A stretch of 64,000 nucleotides of DNA, taken from contig DKGG01000032.1 of NCBI GenBank assembly GCA_002453155.1, forward strand, positions 16,730-80,729, in the 5' to 3' direction. The notes beneath the pieces were generated by a model, which did no database searches, had not been told where the DNA came from, and was given only the letters and a program-made list of their open reading frames with translations. Below, piece after piece: positions 38,477 through 48,656 of this stretch; position 1 is the first letter of the stretch; each line of letters begins with the position of its first letter. Source of the stretch: Bdellovibrionaceae bacterium UBA6776. Lineage in GTDB: Bacteria; Bdellovibrionota; Bdellovibrionia; Bdellovibrionales; UBA1609. The position numbers and the translations under genes were made by a program.

Positions 38477-39765
38477 TGGCAACTCAGGATGTGCGTCTTC
38501 CAGACATTGGCGAAGGAGTGACCGAAGGGGAATTGATCAAGTGGTTGGTCAAAGAAGGAGATCAAGTTTCTGCGGATCAGCCCATTGCGGAAGTAATGAC
38601 CGACAAAGCAACTGTTGAAGTGCCAACTCCCTATGCTGGAACTGTAAAGCAGTTCAAATACAGCGAAGGCGATATGATTCCCATTGAAACTGTGATGTTG
38701 GTTTTGGATGCATCCGGCTCTGCCTCAGCTTCCAAAGAAAAGAAGGAAGAGAAAAAAGCAGAAGCTCCAAAACAAGAGAGCAAACCAGCTCCCTCTTCTC
38801 ACAGCGCACCTGCACCGGCCCGATCCGGCGGTGGTGGAATGGATGTTTATCCGCCGGCGTCTGACATTCATGTATTGGCGACCCCAGCGACTCGACGCTT
38901 GGCTCGAGAAATGAATATCGACATCAACCAAATTCAAGGATCCGGTCTTGCGGGACGTGTGACTCGTGAAGATGTAATGGGATCCAATGGCGGCGGAAAA
39001 TCTGCGCCTGCAGCCACGGCGGCAATGCCTCCGCGCATGGCCTTTAAAGGTGTTGGTGGAGACTTGGAAGAGCGCGTTTCCATGCGTGGTATCCGAAAGA
39101 AAATTGCAGAGAACATGCAAATGTCTAAGCATGTGATTCCTCACTTTACTTTGATGGAAGAGGCCCGTGCCGACGAACTGATGAAGCTTCGCACTCAGGC
39201 CAAAGCGGCTGCGGAAAAGTACGGAGTGAAGGTCACTTACATGCCTTTTATTATGAAGGCATTGATTGCCACCTGTCGTGAGTTTCCCATGTTCAATGCG
39301 AGCATTGATGATCAGTCTCAAGAAATTGTGTACAAAAAATACTTTAACTTGGGATTTGCAGCAGACACTCCAAACGGTTTGATGGTTCCTGTGATCAAAA
39401 ATGCAGATCAAAAAACTCTTTTAGAAGTCAGCAAAGACATCAATGATTTGGCGGCAAAAGCTCGCGATGGGAAATTGGCCTTGGATGAGATGAAAGGTGC
39501 AACCATCACTGTGACAAACATTGGAAGTGTGGGCGGTTTGTACGCCACTCCCATCATCAATCATCCAGAAGTTGCAATTTTTGGAATGTACAAGCTTCAA
39601 GAACGCCCCATCTTTGTAGGGGATCAAGTTCGCAAGGCGCATTTCATGAATTTCACAATCACCTGTGACCATCGATTGATTGATGGAGCTGTTGCGGCCA
39701 ACTTTATGAAAGCCTTTGTGGCGCGAATTGAGAACCCCAGCCAATTGATGCTGGATATGATTTAG
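38476..39765 (+). CDS. dihydrolipoamide acyltransferase (E2), single lipoyl domain
   Basis: LPDIGEG, TDKA lipoyl Lys, ATPATRRLARE E3-binding domain, DHRLIDG catalytic motif. Confidence 0.95.
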   Translation: MATQDVRLPDIGEGVTEGELIKWLVKEGDQVSADQPIAEVMTDKATVEVPTPYAGTVKQFKYSEGDMIPIETVMLVLDASGSASASKEKKEEKKAEAPKQESKPAPSSHSAPAPARSGGGGMDVYPPASDIHVLATPATRRLAREMNIDINQIQGSGLAGRVTREDVMGSNGGGKSAPAATAAMPPRMAFKGVGGDLEERVSMRGIRKKIAENMQMSKHVIPHFTLMEEARADELMKLRTQAKAAAEKYGVKVTYMPFIMKALIATCREFPMFNASIDDQSQEIVYKKYFNLGFAADTPNGLMVPVIKNADQKTLLEVSKDINDLAAKARDGKLALDEMKGATITVTNIGSVGGLYATPIINHPEVAIFGMYKLQERPIFVGDQVRKAHFMNFTITCDHRLIDGAVAANFMKAFVARIENPSQLMLDMI

Positions 39766-39778
39766 TTTGGAGAGAGTC

Positions 39779-41251
39779 ATGACGAAGAATTTTGATGTTT
39801 GCGTGATTGGAGCCGGACCCGGTGGATATGTTGCAGCCATTCGAAGCGCTCAGCTGGGTTTGAAAACTGTGATTATTGAAAGGGAAAATTTGGGAGGCGT
39901 GTGCTTGAACGTGGGCTGCATTCCTTCCAAGGCCATGATCACGGCAGCGCACTTTTTGCACCGTTTGGAGCATCAGGCCTCTGACATGGGCATTGAAATT
40001 TCAGGTAAGCCCAAATTGAACATGAAGAAGTTGGTGTCATGGAAGCAGTCCGTTTGCGACAAAATGTCGGGAGGAGTGGCTCAGCTTCTTAAAGGAAACC
40101 AAGTTGAAATCATTTCCGGAGAAGCGGAATTCAAAGATGCAAAAACTTTGAGTGTGGTGGGCAAAAACGTCAATGACTTGATTCAAGCGAAACACTTCAT
40201 CATTGCAACAGGTTCTCGTCCCATTGAAATTCCTGGATTCAAAATTGATGAGAAGGAAGTGCTCTCTTCAACGGGTGCTTTGGCTTTAGATGAAGTGCCC
40301 AAAAAATTGGTTGTGATTGGTGGTGGATACATTGGTCTTGAAATCAGCTCCTACCTTCAAAAACTAGGTTCTGAAGTGACTATTTTGGAAGCCATGCCTG
40401 CATTGCTTCAAGGTGTTGCAGATGCGGAATGTGTTCAAGTGGTGGCTCGAAAGTTAAAAAAATCCGGCGTTCAAGTTCACTTGGGCGCAAAAGCAAAGTC
40501 CTACAAAGCTTCTGGAAAAACCTACGAAGTGACTTATGAATTGAACGGCAAATCGGAAAAGATCAAAGCCGATAAAATTTTGCTGACGGTGGGTCGAAAG
40601 CCAAATTCCGATCAAATGGGATTGAGAAAAATTGGCCTTAAAATTGATGACAAAGGTTTTATTGAAACCAACGCTCAAAGAAAGACCAATTTGTCCCACA
40701 TTTTTGCCATTGGCGATATTGCCGGGCAACCCATGTTGGCTCACAAAGCCAGTCACGAAGGCGTGATGGTTGCTGAAATCATTTCCGGTCAGAACCGTGC
40801 TTATGATGCGAAGACAGTTCCCGCGGTGATCTTTGTGGATCCAGAAATTGCCTCTGCAGGATGGATGGAAGAAGAAGCCAAAGCCCATGGGCACAAAGAA
40901 TTGAAGATTGGAAAATTTCCGTTCGGAGCCAATGGCCGAGCGGTTTCTATGATGGAGTCTGAAGGTTTTGTAAAAATGATTGCGGATGCCGAAACTCACG
41001 TTTTGTTGGGCGTTCACATTGTGGGACCTGAAGCGTCCAACTTGATTTCTGAAGCGGCGTTGGCCATTGAAATGGGTGCACGTTTAGAAGACTTGGCATT
41101 GACCATTCATCCTCACCCCACTTTGGGAGAGACCATGATGGAAGCTGCGGAAGCGACTTTGGGTCACGCCATTCATGTGATTCAAAGACCATTGAGTGGT
41201 GCGCGAAAATCCCCTGCGGGAAGTTCCGCCAGCGCTTCTCGCGTTCATTGA
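39779..41251 (+). CDS. lpdA: dihydrolipoamide dehydrogenase (E3)
   Basis: GAGPGG, GGVCLNVGCIPSK, HPHPTLGE. Confidence 0.97.
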   Translation: MTKNFDVCVIGAGPGGYVAAIRSAQLGLKTVIIERENLGGVCLNVGCIPSKAMITAAHFLHRLEHQASDMGIEISGKPKLNMKKLVSWKQSVCDKMSGGVAQLLKGNQVEIISGEAEFKDAKTLSVVGKNVNDLIQAKHFIIATGSRPIEIPGFKIDEKEVLSSTGALALDEVPKKLVVIGGGYIGLEISSYLQKLGSEVTILEAMPALLQGVADAECVQVVARKLKKSGVQVHLGAKAKSYKASGKTYEVTYELNGKSEKIKADKILLTVGRKPNSDQMGLRKIGLKIDDKGFIETNAQRKTNLSHIFAIGDIAGQPMLAHKASHEGVMVAEIISGQNRAYDAKTVPAVIFVDPEIASAGWMEEEAKAHGHKELKIGKFPFGANGRAVSMMESEGFVKMIADAETHVLLGVHIVGPEASNLISEAALAIEMGARLEDLALTIHPHPTLGETMMEAAEATLGHAIHVIQRPLSGARKSPAGSSASASRVH

Positions 41252-41272
41252 GTCCAGAAAAAGGATCGCCCT

Positions 41273-41911
41273 TTGAAGTTTGAAGACTGGGGTTTGATTG
41301 ATTATTCCGAAAGCTTCCAACGTCAGTTGGAAGCGGTTCAAAAAATCGCTCAAGGTGAAATGGAAGAAAGAGTGGTTTTTTGTTCGCACCCTCCCGTGGT
41401 GACCTTAGGCAGATCTTCCGATGAGACCGATGTTCAGGGTTGGAGTGGAGAAGTCGTCCCGATCAATCGGGGTGGGCGAGCGACTTATCATGGGCCCTCA
41501 CAAATCGTCATTTATCCCTTATTAAATTTAACCCAATCAAGATCTGAATTTGCATCTAAGGACATCGGTGCTTATTTGCGATTTTTAGAGGCCTGGGTGA
41601 TTCGAGCCCTGGGGGAATTGGGCATTCTTGCGGAACGGAAGGAAGCCGGCGCAGAGGACGGAGACAAATCTTTTACGGGGGTTTGGGTGGAAGATCGCAA
41701 AATCGCATCCATTGGAATTGCCGTAAAAAGATGGGTCTCCCATCACGGCTGCGCTTTGAATTTGCGACCTGATGAGAAGGCCTTCTCTGGAATTCAGCCC
41801 TGTGGTTTTAATCGAAGGGTGATGACCCATGTGGAGGCCGAGGCGGGGCGTCAGGTAGATTATGGGGAAATGAAGGCCCTATTGACTCGGACGTATTCGG
41901 TGGGCCGGTAG
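41273..41911 (+). CDS. lipB: lipoyl(octanoyl) transferase
   Basis: HPPVVTLG, RGGRATYHGP, KIASIG, HG.ALN, PCG. Confidence 0.94.
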   Translation: MKFEDWGLIDYSESFQRQLEAVQKIAQGEMEERVVFCSHPPVVTLGRSSDETDVQGWSGEVVPINRGGRATYHGPSQIVIYPLLNLTQSRSEFASKDIGAYLRFLEAWVIRALGELGILAERKEAGAEDGDKSFTGVWVEDRKIASIGIAVKRWVSHHGCALNLRPDEKAFSGIQPCGFNRRVMTHVEAEAGRQVDYGEMKALLTRTYSVGR

Positions 41912-42002
41912 AACTTACCGGGTGTTGGAATTCCCCTTGTTTTTGCGCAAAGCGTCTAGTATCTCAATCCTTTCATAATTTCAGCAATTTAGGGCAATTG
42001 GA

Positions 42003-43013
42003 ATGGCGAGTTTGTGGAGCCGTAAGGCGCTAGTTTTGGCATTGGTTTTCGGGTTGATGGGGCCAACTTTAGGGTTTGGATCTGAGGTTTCGGAAGAAGA
42101 CTTTAAAAAAGCGCCCGGGGTTTTGGCCTCTTGGATTCGAAAAGATCTGCCTTTGGATCAAATCATCGACTTCGTTTTAAAAGATCCTCTTCTTTCTCGA
42201 ATCATTGGTCGCAGAAAGCTGTTTGTGGATCGGATTTATGTCCATGGAAAGCCCGAACAAATTGAACTGATTGGAGGTTTTCTTCGAGCTCGAAAAGCCT
42301 ACCTTCCAGGGGAACGTCCGCCTCACAATATCTATCGGGTTGCGTATAACATCTTAAAGCTCTCCCGGCACCGGTTTGCAATGATTGTACTGAGTGGTCC
42401 ATCTTTTCGGTCCAAAAGAGATTACGATTCTGCTTTGGTTCTTCCGAACTCTCTTGAAATTGGAAATCAGACTAAAGATTATTGGATGCTTGAGCCTGAG
42501 GCGATGAGGTTATCTACAGATTTGCTGAAGATGATTGTCTTTGAGGAGTTTTTTCATTTGTTTGAAACTGAATACCGAAAAACTTTTGGAAAGTTTTATA
42601 TCGGACGAGTCAATCAGTGGATCCGTCAGAATGACTTGCCAGCCTATCATACAGAGCCAAATGACAAATTTTTGGAATGGAGAAAACGGCACAATTTAAA
42701 AATTCTGCCCGAGTCTCAGATGAAAATCACACCTCATTATTATTGGAAGGATACCGTCCAAAAAATTGTTGAACTTACAAGCCCTGAGCTTGAAAATTTT
42801 GAACAGATATCGGAGTTTACAGTCTACCTCGCTATGGAAATGCTCTTTCCGGAATGGTTTCAAATTGAAGAGTTCAGGGAGTATTTTGAAGAGAATCATT
42901 ACAAAGATCGAAGTGTTTCGTCTCCATGGTATCCACTTTTTGATATTCCACATCCCAGTTTGAAATCTGGACCGATCCAAAAAATCAGCTGTGAAGATGC
43001 TTTAAAATCTTAA
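42003..43013 (+). CDS. hypothetical exported protein
   Basis: Signal peptide, aromatic-rich body, EEFFH motif, C-terminal SCEDAL. Confidence 0.7.
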   Translation: MASLWSRKALVLALVFGLMGPTLGFGSEVSEEDFKKAPGVLASWIRKDLPLDQIIDFVLKDPLLSRIIGRRKLFVDRIYVHGKPEQIELIGGFLRARKAYLPGERPPHNIYRVAYNILKLSRHRFAMIVLSGPSFRSKRDYDSALVLPNSLEIGNQTKDYWMLEPEAMRLSTDLLKMIVFEEFFHLFETEYRKTFGKFYIGRVNQWIRQNDLPAYHTEPNDKFLEWRKRHNLKILPESQMKITPHYYWKDTVQKIVELTSPELENFEQISEFTVYLAMEMLFPEWFQIEEFREYFEENHYKDRSVSSPWYPLFDIPHPSLKSGPIQKISCEDALKS

Positions 43014-43016
43014 AAT

Positions 43017-43427
43017 TTATTTTTTCTTATCGATAGTGATGGCGAATTTTTTAACGCCACTGGATTTCACGGTATCGATTACGCTGATCACAGTTCCATG
43101 GGAAACTTCTTTGTCAGCAGAGATGATGGCTTGAGCATCTGGAGATTTTGAAACCAGCTCTTCTGTAAATGATTTTACCTCTTCTTTGGAAGAAGGCTTT
43201 CCATTGAGAGTAATGCCCCCTTGAGCATCGATTCCAATGGTCAGCTCTGAAGGGGAAGTGTTGTCGCCACTTCCAGCCTTTGGAAGGTTCACGTTGATGG
43301 AAGGCTTTAAAATAACTGGGGCCGTCACCATAAAGATGATCAAGATGACTAAGATGATATCCACAAAGGGAACAATGTTGATTTCCGCTATGGCTTCGTC
43401 AGTGTCACCCGTGATCTTTGCGGCCAT
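43017..43427 (-). CDS. exbD: ExbD/TolR-family protein
   Basis: EINIVPFVDIILVILIIFMVTAP, VNLP, ADK. Confidence 0.92.
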   Translation of the reverse strand: MAAKITGDTDEAIAEINIVPFVDIILVILIIFMVTAPVILKPSINVNLPKAGSGDNTSPSELTIGIDAQGGITLNGKPSSKEEVKSFTEELVSKSPDAQAIISADKEVSHGTVISVIDTVKSSGVKKFAITIDKKK

Positions 43428-44056
43428 CAGTTTCCACCTTTGCGTGTGCGGGCATAGGCCAAACAAACGTCTCGAGTGCTATTGAGGCTGCTCATGATGC
43501 CGCGTACTTTCCGCTGAAAGTAGTTGTAGGCAATTACGGCGGGAATGGCGACAGCAAGACCAATTGCAGTGGCAATCAAGGCTTTGGAAATTCCAAGCAT
43601 CACCATAGCTTGATCGGGCTGAGCATTTGCAAGCTGTTTAAAAGCGTCCATCACTCCAAAGACCGTTCCAAGAAGACCAATGAAGGGAGCGTTGGATCCC
43701 ACCGTGGCAAGAAAGTTGAGACGTTTTTCCAATTGAGGTTTTTCAACCAGTGCAAAGCTGGAAAAAATTTCTTCCAAACCTTCGGTGCCCTTTTCTTTAA
43801 GATGGCGTAAGGCGTAAGAAAGGGCTTGGCCTTCGATGGAGTCCTTATCCTTGGCAATGTCTTCGATTTCATCCAACTGATTGGCCTTGAGGATGTCTCT
43901 GATTTTTTCAGAGGTTTCGTCACTCTTTTTCGAAACTCGACTCAATGTGAAGAAGCGCTCAAGGATGAAAGCCAGGCTAAATATGCTTAATAGAATTAAA
44001 ATCCAAAGTGTAATTTCATGGCCGTACTCTGCGATTTGAAAAAAACGTTCAATCAT
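43427..44056 (-). CDS. exbB: ExbB/TolQ/MotA-family proton channel
   Basis: APFIGLLGTV.G, GISKALIATAIGLAVAIPA. Confidence 0.9.
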   Translation of the reverse strand: MIERFFQIAEYGHEITLWILILLSIFSLAFILERFFTLSRVSKKSDETSEKIRDILKANQLDEIEDIAKDKDSIEGQALSYALRHLKEKGTEGLEEIFSSFALVEKPQLEKRLNFLATVGSNAPFIGLLGTVFGVMDAFKQLANAQPDQAMVMLGISKALIATAIGLAVAIPAVIAYNYFQRKVRGIMSSLNSTRDVCLAYARTRKGGN

Positions 44057-44173
44057 GGCGCCTCCGTTAAGGCTCAATTATCTCGATCTTCTGCAGTTGA
44101 GGTCAAGACCGGGACTTTGTCGCGGTACTGCATCAGTCAATTGTGATAGACTCTGGTTCGAATCAATCTTGAA

Positions 44174-45955
44174 ATGGACGAGATCATGAAAATCTCTGCA
44201 CTCTTACTGATATTTTTCACGGCAATGGTTCTGGAAGGCTGCGGCTTTCGTCGGTCCTCGGAGAAAAATATTTTAGTGGTCGCTATCGAAGGTCTGGGTT
44301 TCGAAAGAGTTCCCTGTCAGAGTGAAAATTTAAAGGACGGATTCGCAACGCTCTGCGAGGAGTCCATTCGATTCACCCACGCTTATGCCAACTCCACAGG
44401 CAGTTTGCCCAATTTGGCAACTTTGTTGACGGGGGAATTCCCTTGGGACCATGGATTGAGGGGACAGACCCAATGGCTCAGACCTCATAGAGAAACTGTG
44501 GCGGAAAAAGCCTTGAATCATGGACTTCGAACTCTCTTTGTTTCCAGCGGACTTCCCATGCTTTCAAAGTCGGGCTTGAATCAAGGGTTTGAAAATTTTG
44601 ATGATCGCATCGATCTGTTCAATCGGCCTCGTTTTCGACCGGCCTCGCAAGTGGTGGAGCGATTTTTAAATTGGGTGGATGGAGAAGAGCCTCAGCCTTT
44701 TTTTGGAGTCTTGCATTTTTCAGATCTATTGTTTCCTTATCGATCTTCAAAAACGGCGGAAGGTGAGCTTCGTGATTTAAGTATCAACTCTCAACTGGAA
44801 GAAATCAGCGAAGAGTTGGGACACTTGATCACGGCTCTTAAAAAAAGAGGCCAATGGAACTCCACCTTTCTTGCCGTTGTCGGGCTTTCTGGGGGAGGTG
44901 ATCCCTCAAGCTTGAAGTCAAAGCAGACTCAAGTGACTTTGATGATCAAACCTTCGCGCCTCAAAAAAGACCAGGGAACCTCTTGGGGTGTGGATTTCAA
45001 TGTGTCTCTTGCAGATTTAGGAGTGACTTTAAACGAGTTGGTCACGGGTCAACTTCCTCAAGATATGAATGAAAAGACCTCCTTAAAGTCTGTCTTTTAT
45101 GATCCCACTCCTTCTTGGGATCGAGACCGACTGATTCGTACCGAAATGTATTGGTCTTTCGAGAACTTTGGCTTGGATGTGGTTCAAAGTTTACGAAACC
45201 AAAGTTTTTTCTATGTTCATCAAAACCCACCTTTGCTCTACAACACTTTGACGGACCGTCAGGAGATCTCTCCGTTGACGGATCGAAATGGTTTGAGCGA
45301 AGAGCGATTTGGTCAATTTCGGGATTATTTTGAAAAACTGGGATTGGCTCCGGCGGTTTTGGTTGAAGTTCCTTCTTGGTTTTATGTCGGAGTGGAAGGT
45401 TTTCGAAAGGAAGTGTGGCCTCAATCTCCACATCTGTCTTTTGGTTCTCCTTTGCGAGGATGGAATGCGCGAAAACTCATTGAGGAAAAAAGGTGGGGAG
45501 AGCTGGCCAAAAATTTTAAAGATGAGCCTCTGATCCATTTTGTGGCTCAGTCTAAACTTTCTGAAAGTGGTTCTCTCGTTCAAGAAGGCCTGAAAGAGAA
45601 GCTTTCGGGAGTTGATTGCGGAGTCTATTTTTTTAAAAGCAGTTTCAAAAATACAGACAGTTTGAGTGAGCATTGTCGAGTGGACCGATTGCTTCAATTT
45701 TTAGATTGGGAACGCTTCAAGGGATCTGACGAAGAATTGTTTTATGAAAGTCAGTTCCGATGGTCCTATCAATTGTGGTGGTCTCGTCTTGAACTAGGCG
45801 CTATGAATTATGCGGCGTTTGGGAATTTAGGAGTTCCGTTGTCATGGCCCAAAGCTCCCGATGTGAGTGAACTGTTTCTCATTCATAACGATAAAAAAAT
45901 CAGAAATCGAAATCTGATGCATGGATTTACTTCCCACGGAAAGTATCAGCTATAG
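44174..45955 (+). CDS. sulfatase-like / alkaline-phosphatase-superfamily lipoprotein
   Basis: Lipobox LEGC, NILVVAIE, FTHAYA..TGSLPNLATLLTG, LNQGFE.FDD, VSLADL..T. Confidence 0.7.
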   Translation: MDEIMKISALLLIFFTAMVLEGCGFRRSSEKNILVVAIEGLGFERVPCQSENLKDGFATLCEESIRFTHAYANSTGSLPNLATLLTGEFPWDHGLRGQTQWLRPHRETVAEKALNHGLRTLFVSSGLPMLSKSGLNQGFENFDDRIDLFNRPRFRPASQVVERFLNWVDGEEPQPFFGVLHFSDLLFPYRSSKTAEGELRDLSINSQLEEISEELGHLITALKKRGQWNSTFLAVVGLSGGGDPSSLKSKQTQVTLMIKPSRLKKDQGTSWGVDFNVSLADLGVTLNELVTGQLPQDMNEKTSLKSVFYDPTPSWDRDRLIRTEMYWSFENFGLDVVQSLRNQSFFYVHQNPPLLYNTLTDRQEISPLTDRNGLSEERFGQFRDYFEKLGLAPAVLVEVPSWFYVGVEGFRKEVWPQSPHLSFGSPLRGWNARKLIEEKRWGELAKNFKDEPLIHFVAQSKLSESGSLVQEGLKEKLSGVDCGVYFFKSSFKNTDSLSEHCRVDRLLQFLDWERFKGSDEELFYESQFRWSYQLWWSRLELGAMNYAAFGNLGVPLSWPKAPDVSELFLIHNDKKIRNRNLMHGFTSHGKYQL

Positions 45956-46630
45956 ATGGGTGATTCCCAGCCAGAAGGGAATTTGAGAATTGTCTTGAGA
46001 GAGCACTTTAGACAACTCATCTAGTGTACGTCGTCCAGATGGAAGGCTTAAAAACTCCATGGGAAAGTGAGAGCGAGTCAAAAAGATCAACTGATCTCCA
46101 GGATTCCAGTGAAAGCTTTGAAGGGAAAAGTTCGAAGTCGAATAAAGACCAAGGAGAGCATGGGGGAGTGGAGATAAAATTTTTGGAGGAGCACTCAACT
46201 CCGCAGCCAAATCGGTTCCTAAAGTCAGTGGAACCAGAGGGAATCCTTTGCGGCTCAAAAAGATAAAGGGCTGTCCCACTTGAGCAATGGTGATTTCATT
46301 TCCATTCTTAGCGCATATGGCGATTTCAACGCCTTCTGTGTATTCCTCTCGATTTTCTTCCCGGTAAAGAGTGTCGTTGAGCAACATCATTGCCACACGC
46401 ACATGGTTTGCGAGAGGAGTGATGCAGGTCATTTTTTGAAAGGGTGAAGTGGCTTCGTTGTCATTCCGGCTGGAGAGGATGAAATCTGTAACAATGTCTT
46501 TCGCCCGTTCTGCAACGTTTGAATTTCCCCAGGGTGTCACCACCAGCAAAAGGCTTCCATCATCTTCACAGTGCGTGTAGGGACTGGGTCGAAAAGACTT
46601 TCCTCTATAAGATCTTGATGAAATTTTCAT
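45950..46630 (-). CDS. PP2C-fold protein lacking the catalytic aspartates (putative pseudophosphatase)
   Basis: Aligns by eye to the PP2C at 18781, with VVTPWG, AQVGQP and GDQLIFLTRS where VADGMG, NVGDSR and LLCSDG are expected. Confidence 0.6.
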   Translation of the reverse strand: MKISSRSYRGKSFRPSPYTHCEDDGSLLLVVTPWGNSNVAERAKDIVTDFILSSRNDNEATSPFQKMTCITPLANHVRVAMMLLNDTLYREENREEYTEGVEIAICAKNGNEITIAQVGQPFIFLSRKGFPLVPLTLGTDLAAELSAPPKILSPLPHALLGLYSTSNFSLQSFHWNPGDQLIFLTRSHFPMEFLSLPSGRRTLDELSKVLSQDNSQIPFWLGITHL

Positions 46631-46631
46631 A

Positions 46632-48656
46632 TTAAAATCCACCATACTGTTTGATCTTGAGAGAAGATTTTTTGTGAAACTCCCCATTGGGAAGGTCTTC
46701 TTCAACGATGCGCTTCCACTTCTCTTTGGCAGTCGCAAGATTTCCTAAGCTTTCTTCGAGCTTGGCATCTTGATACAAAGTCCTCATTTGCTGTCGAAGA
46801 GCCGCCGAGTATCTTTCCTTGGCAACGACAGCATCTTTAAGGGATGGATTTTCTTTTAAGGCTTCATCACAAGCTTTGTAAGCTTCCTTGTATTTCCCCG
46901 ATTCTCCCAGACTGTTGCACTTTTCCATCATTAGGCTGATCTTTTCCTGAAGAGATTTTGAGACCGTGGCCAGTTCTCGCTTGGCGGTGGAAACCTGAGT
47001 TGAAAGACCTCCTCGGGCTTGAGAGATGAATCTTTGATAGGTCTTTTGTGCATTGAGCAAATCGCCTTTAGACTTGTAGCTTTGAGCTCGATTGAAAATG
47101 CTCAAAAGTTGTTGGCGTTTTTCCGCCGCTTCTTTTTGCTGCTGGGCCAGGAGCTCTTTTTCTCGTTCGCGCGCCTCAGCCGCTTGTAAAAGTTCGATGA
47201 CCTTAGGATGTTCGGGATTTAACTCGATGGCATCTGTAAGACAATTTTTTACTTCAGAAACCGTCCCTTTGGTGGTGTGCTTTTCGGTACAAACCGCAAT
47301 GATGTCTGCAATTTTTTGTTCCACCAGAGCTTTTTGGCGTTCTTTGCGTTCTTCGTCGATCTTTCTTTGAGTCAATTCATGACCTTGGACGCAAAAAGAC
47401 TCAAGTTCTTTTGAGTTGTCATAAAAGGGAACCGTTTCATGAAGCTTTGCCAGTTCTGCAAGGCACAAAGAATATTTCCCTTGGACATAGAGGTTTCGGG
47501 CTAGGTTGAGAGAATCTTTGATTGCTGATTTTTGCTCTTTTGAGAGATTCTCAAAGCTTGCATTTCCTGCGGTTTCATTTTTGGCTGCGTCGCTTTTCTT
47601 CTGAGGATCTGAATCCAAAAGCAAGCCAACAAGTAACACCGGAATCAATGCCATCAAAACCACTCGAACCTTGTTCTTTTTCCAATCATAAGCTTTGATT
47701 TTTCCCAACAGTCCTTCGGACACTTCTTCTTCATAAGACGGCTCTTCTCCGTAGTAAGTGGGGCCGTCCGCATAGGGAGTGGGAAGATTTCCATAAGGAG
47801 AGGGACTGTGCTGAGGAAAAGGCGTCAACCAACCATTTTGCGGGAGCGCCAATGGTTGGGTACTGATTGCAGGCAAGTTTGCGGCCTTGATTTCGAAATG
47901 AATCTCGATGTCCAGGACGCGAATTTGATCCCCACTTTGAAGTCGGGTGGGCTCGTGGGGAGCGACGCGATGGCCGTTGATGTAAGTTCCATTAGAGCTT
48001 CCGAGGTCCGTTAAAAAGTATCCTTCCGGTGATTTTGAAAGCTCAAAGTGTTTGCGACTGACTTTGGGATTTCGAAGCTGAATTTCGCAGTCCGTCTCTC
48101 GTCCAGCCATCCAAACACTGCCTTCAAGCTTTAGGACTTCATTGTCACTGCTAGAGTTGGGATAGTTGATCCTTAAAAGGGAAAGCAATTGCAAACTCCC
48201 CACTTGAGTGGAGTCCGCGGTTCCAAATCCAGGATTCGTATCATCGACTTCATCAATGGCAAAGTGATTGACTGGTGCTTCTGTGGGGACAAGTGCAGAC
48301 GTGTTGGATGGATCCTCTTCAGGTCCCAACGCGTATTCTTCTTGAGCCGCGTCTATAGATTCAGCTTCCATCCGGAATTCGAACTCATAGGGAGGCAAAG
48401 AAAAGGAAATGTCTTCACTCAACTCGAGGCTCTCGAAGTTTTCGGTTCCCACTTGAGGGTGAAGGAAGCGAGACAAACTTTCGCAAACCCAAACGCCACC
48501 ATTGTCATAGAACTTCAGGTGATGTCGCGAAATTCCACGGTGATCATCCAGTGGAAAGTCACAGTCGTCATCCCTTCCGGCCTTGTATTCTTGGCCGGTA
48601 TGGAGTTCGAGAGTTTTGATTTCGGCTCCGTTGAGCTTCAGAGTTAACTTCGCCAC
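46632..48656 (-). CDS. double-FHA-domain membrane protein with periplasmic TPR-like region
   Basis: FHA1 (AGR..ISRHH), FHA2 (AGR..VSRKH..DLGSSNGT), Pro-rich linker, TM, helical repeats. Confidence 0.85.
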   Translation of the reverse strand: MAKLTLKLNGAEIKTLELHTGQEYKAGRDDDCDFPLDDHRGISRHHLKFYDNGGVWVCESLSRFLHPQVGTENFESLELSEDISFSLPPYEFEFRMEAESIDAAQEEYALGPEEDPSNTSALVPTEAPVNHFAIDEVDDTNPGFGTADSTQVGSLQLLSLLRINYPNSSSDNEVLKLEGSVWMAGRETDCEIQLRNPKVSRKHFELSKSPEGYFLTDLGSSNGTYINGHRVAPHEPTRLQSGDQIRVLDIEIHFEIKAANLPAISTQPLALPQNGWLTPFPQHSPSPYGNLPTPYADGPTYYGEEPSYEEEVSEGLLGKIKAYDWKKNKVRVVLMALIPVLLVGLLLDSDPQKKSDAAKNETAGNASFENLSKEQKSAIKDSLNLARNLYVQGKYSLCLAELAKLHETVPFYDNSKELESFCVQGHELTQRKIDEERKERQKALVEQKIADIIAVCTEKHTTKGTVSEVKNCLTDAIELNPEHPKVIELLQAAEAREREKELLAQQQKEAAEKRQQLLSIFNRAQSYKSKGDLLNAQKTYQRFISQARGGLSTQVSTAKRELATVSKSLQEKISLMMEKCNSLGESGKYKEAYKACDEALKENPSLKDAVVAKERYSAALRQQMRTLYQDAKLEESLGNLATAKEKWKRIVEEDLPNGEFHKKSSLKIKQYGGF

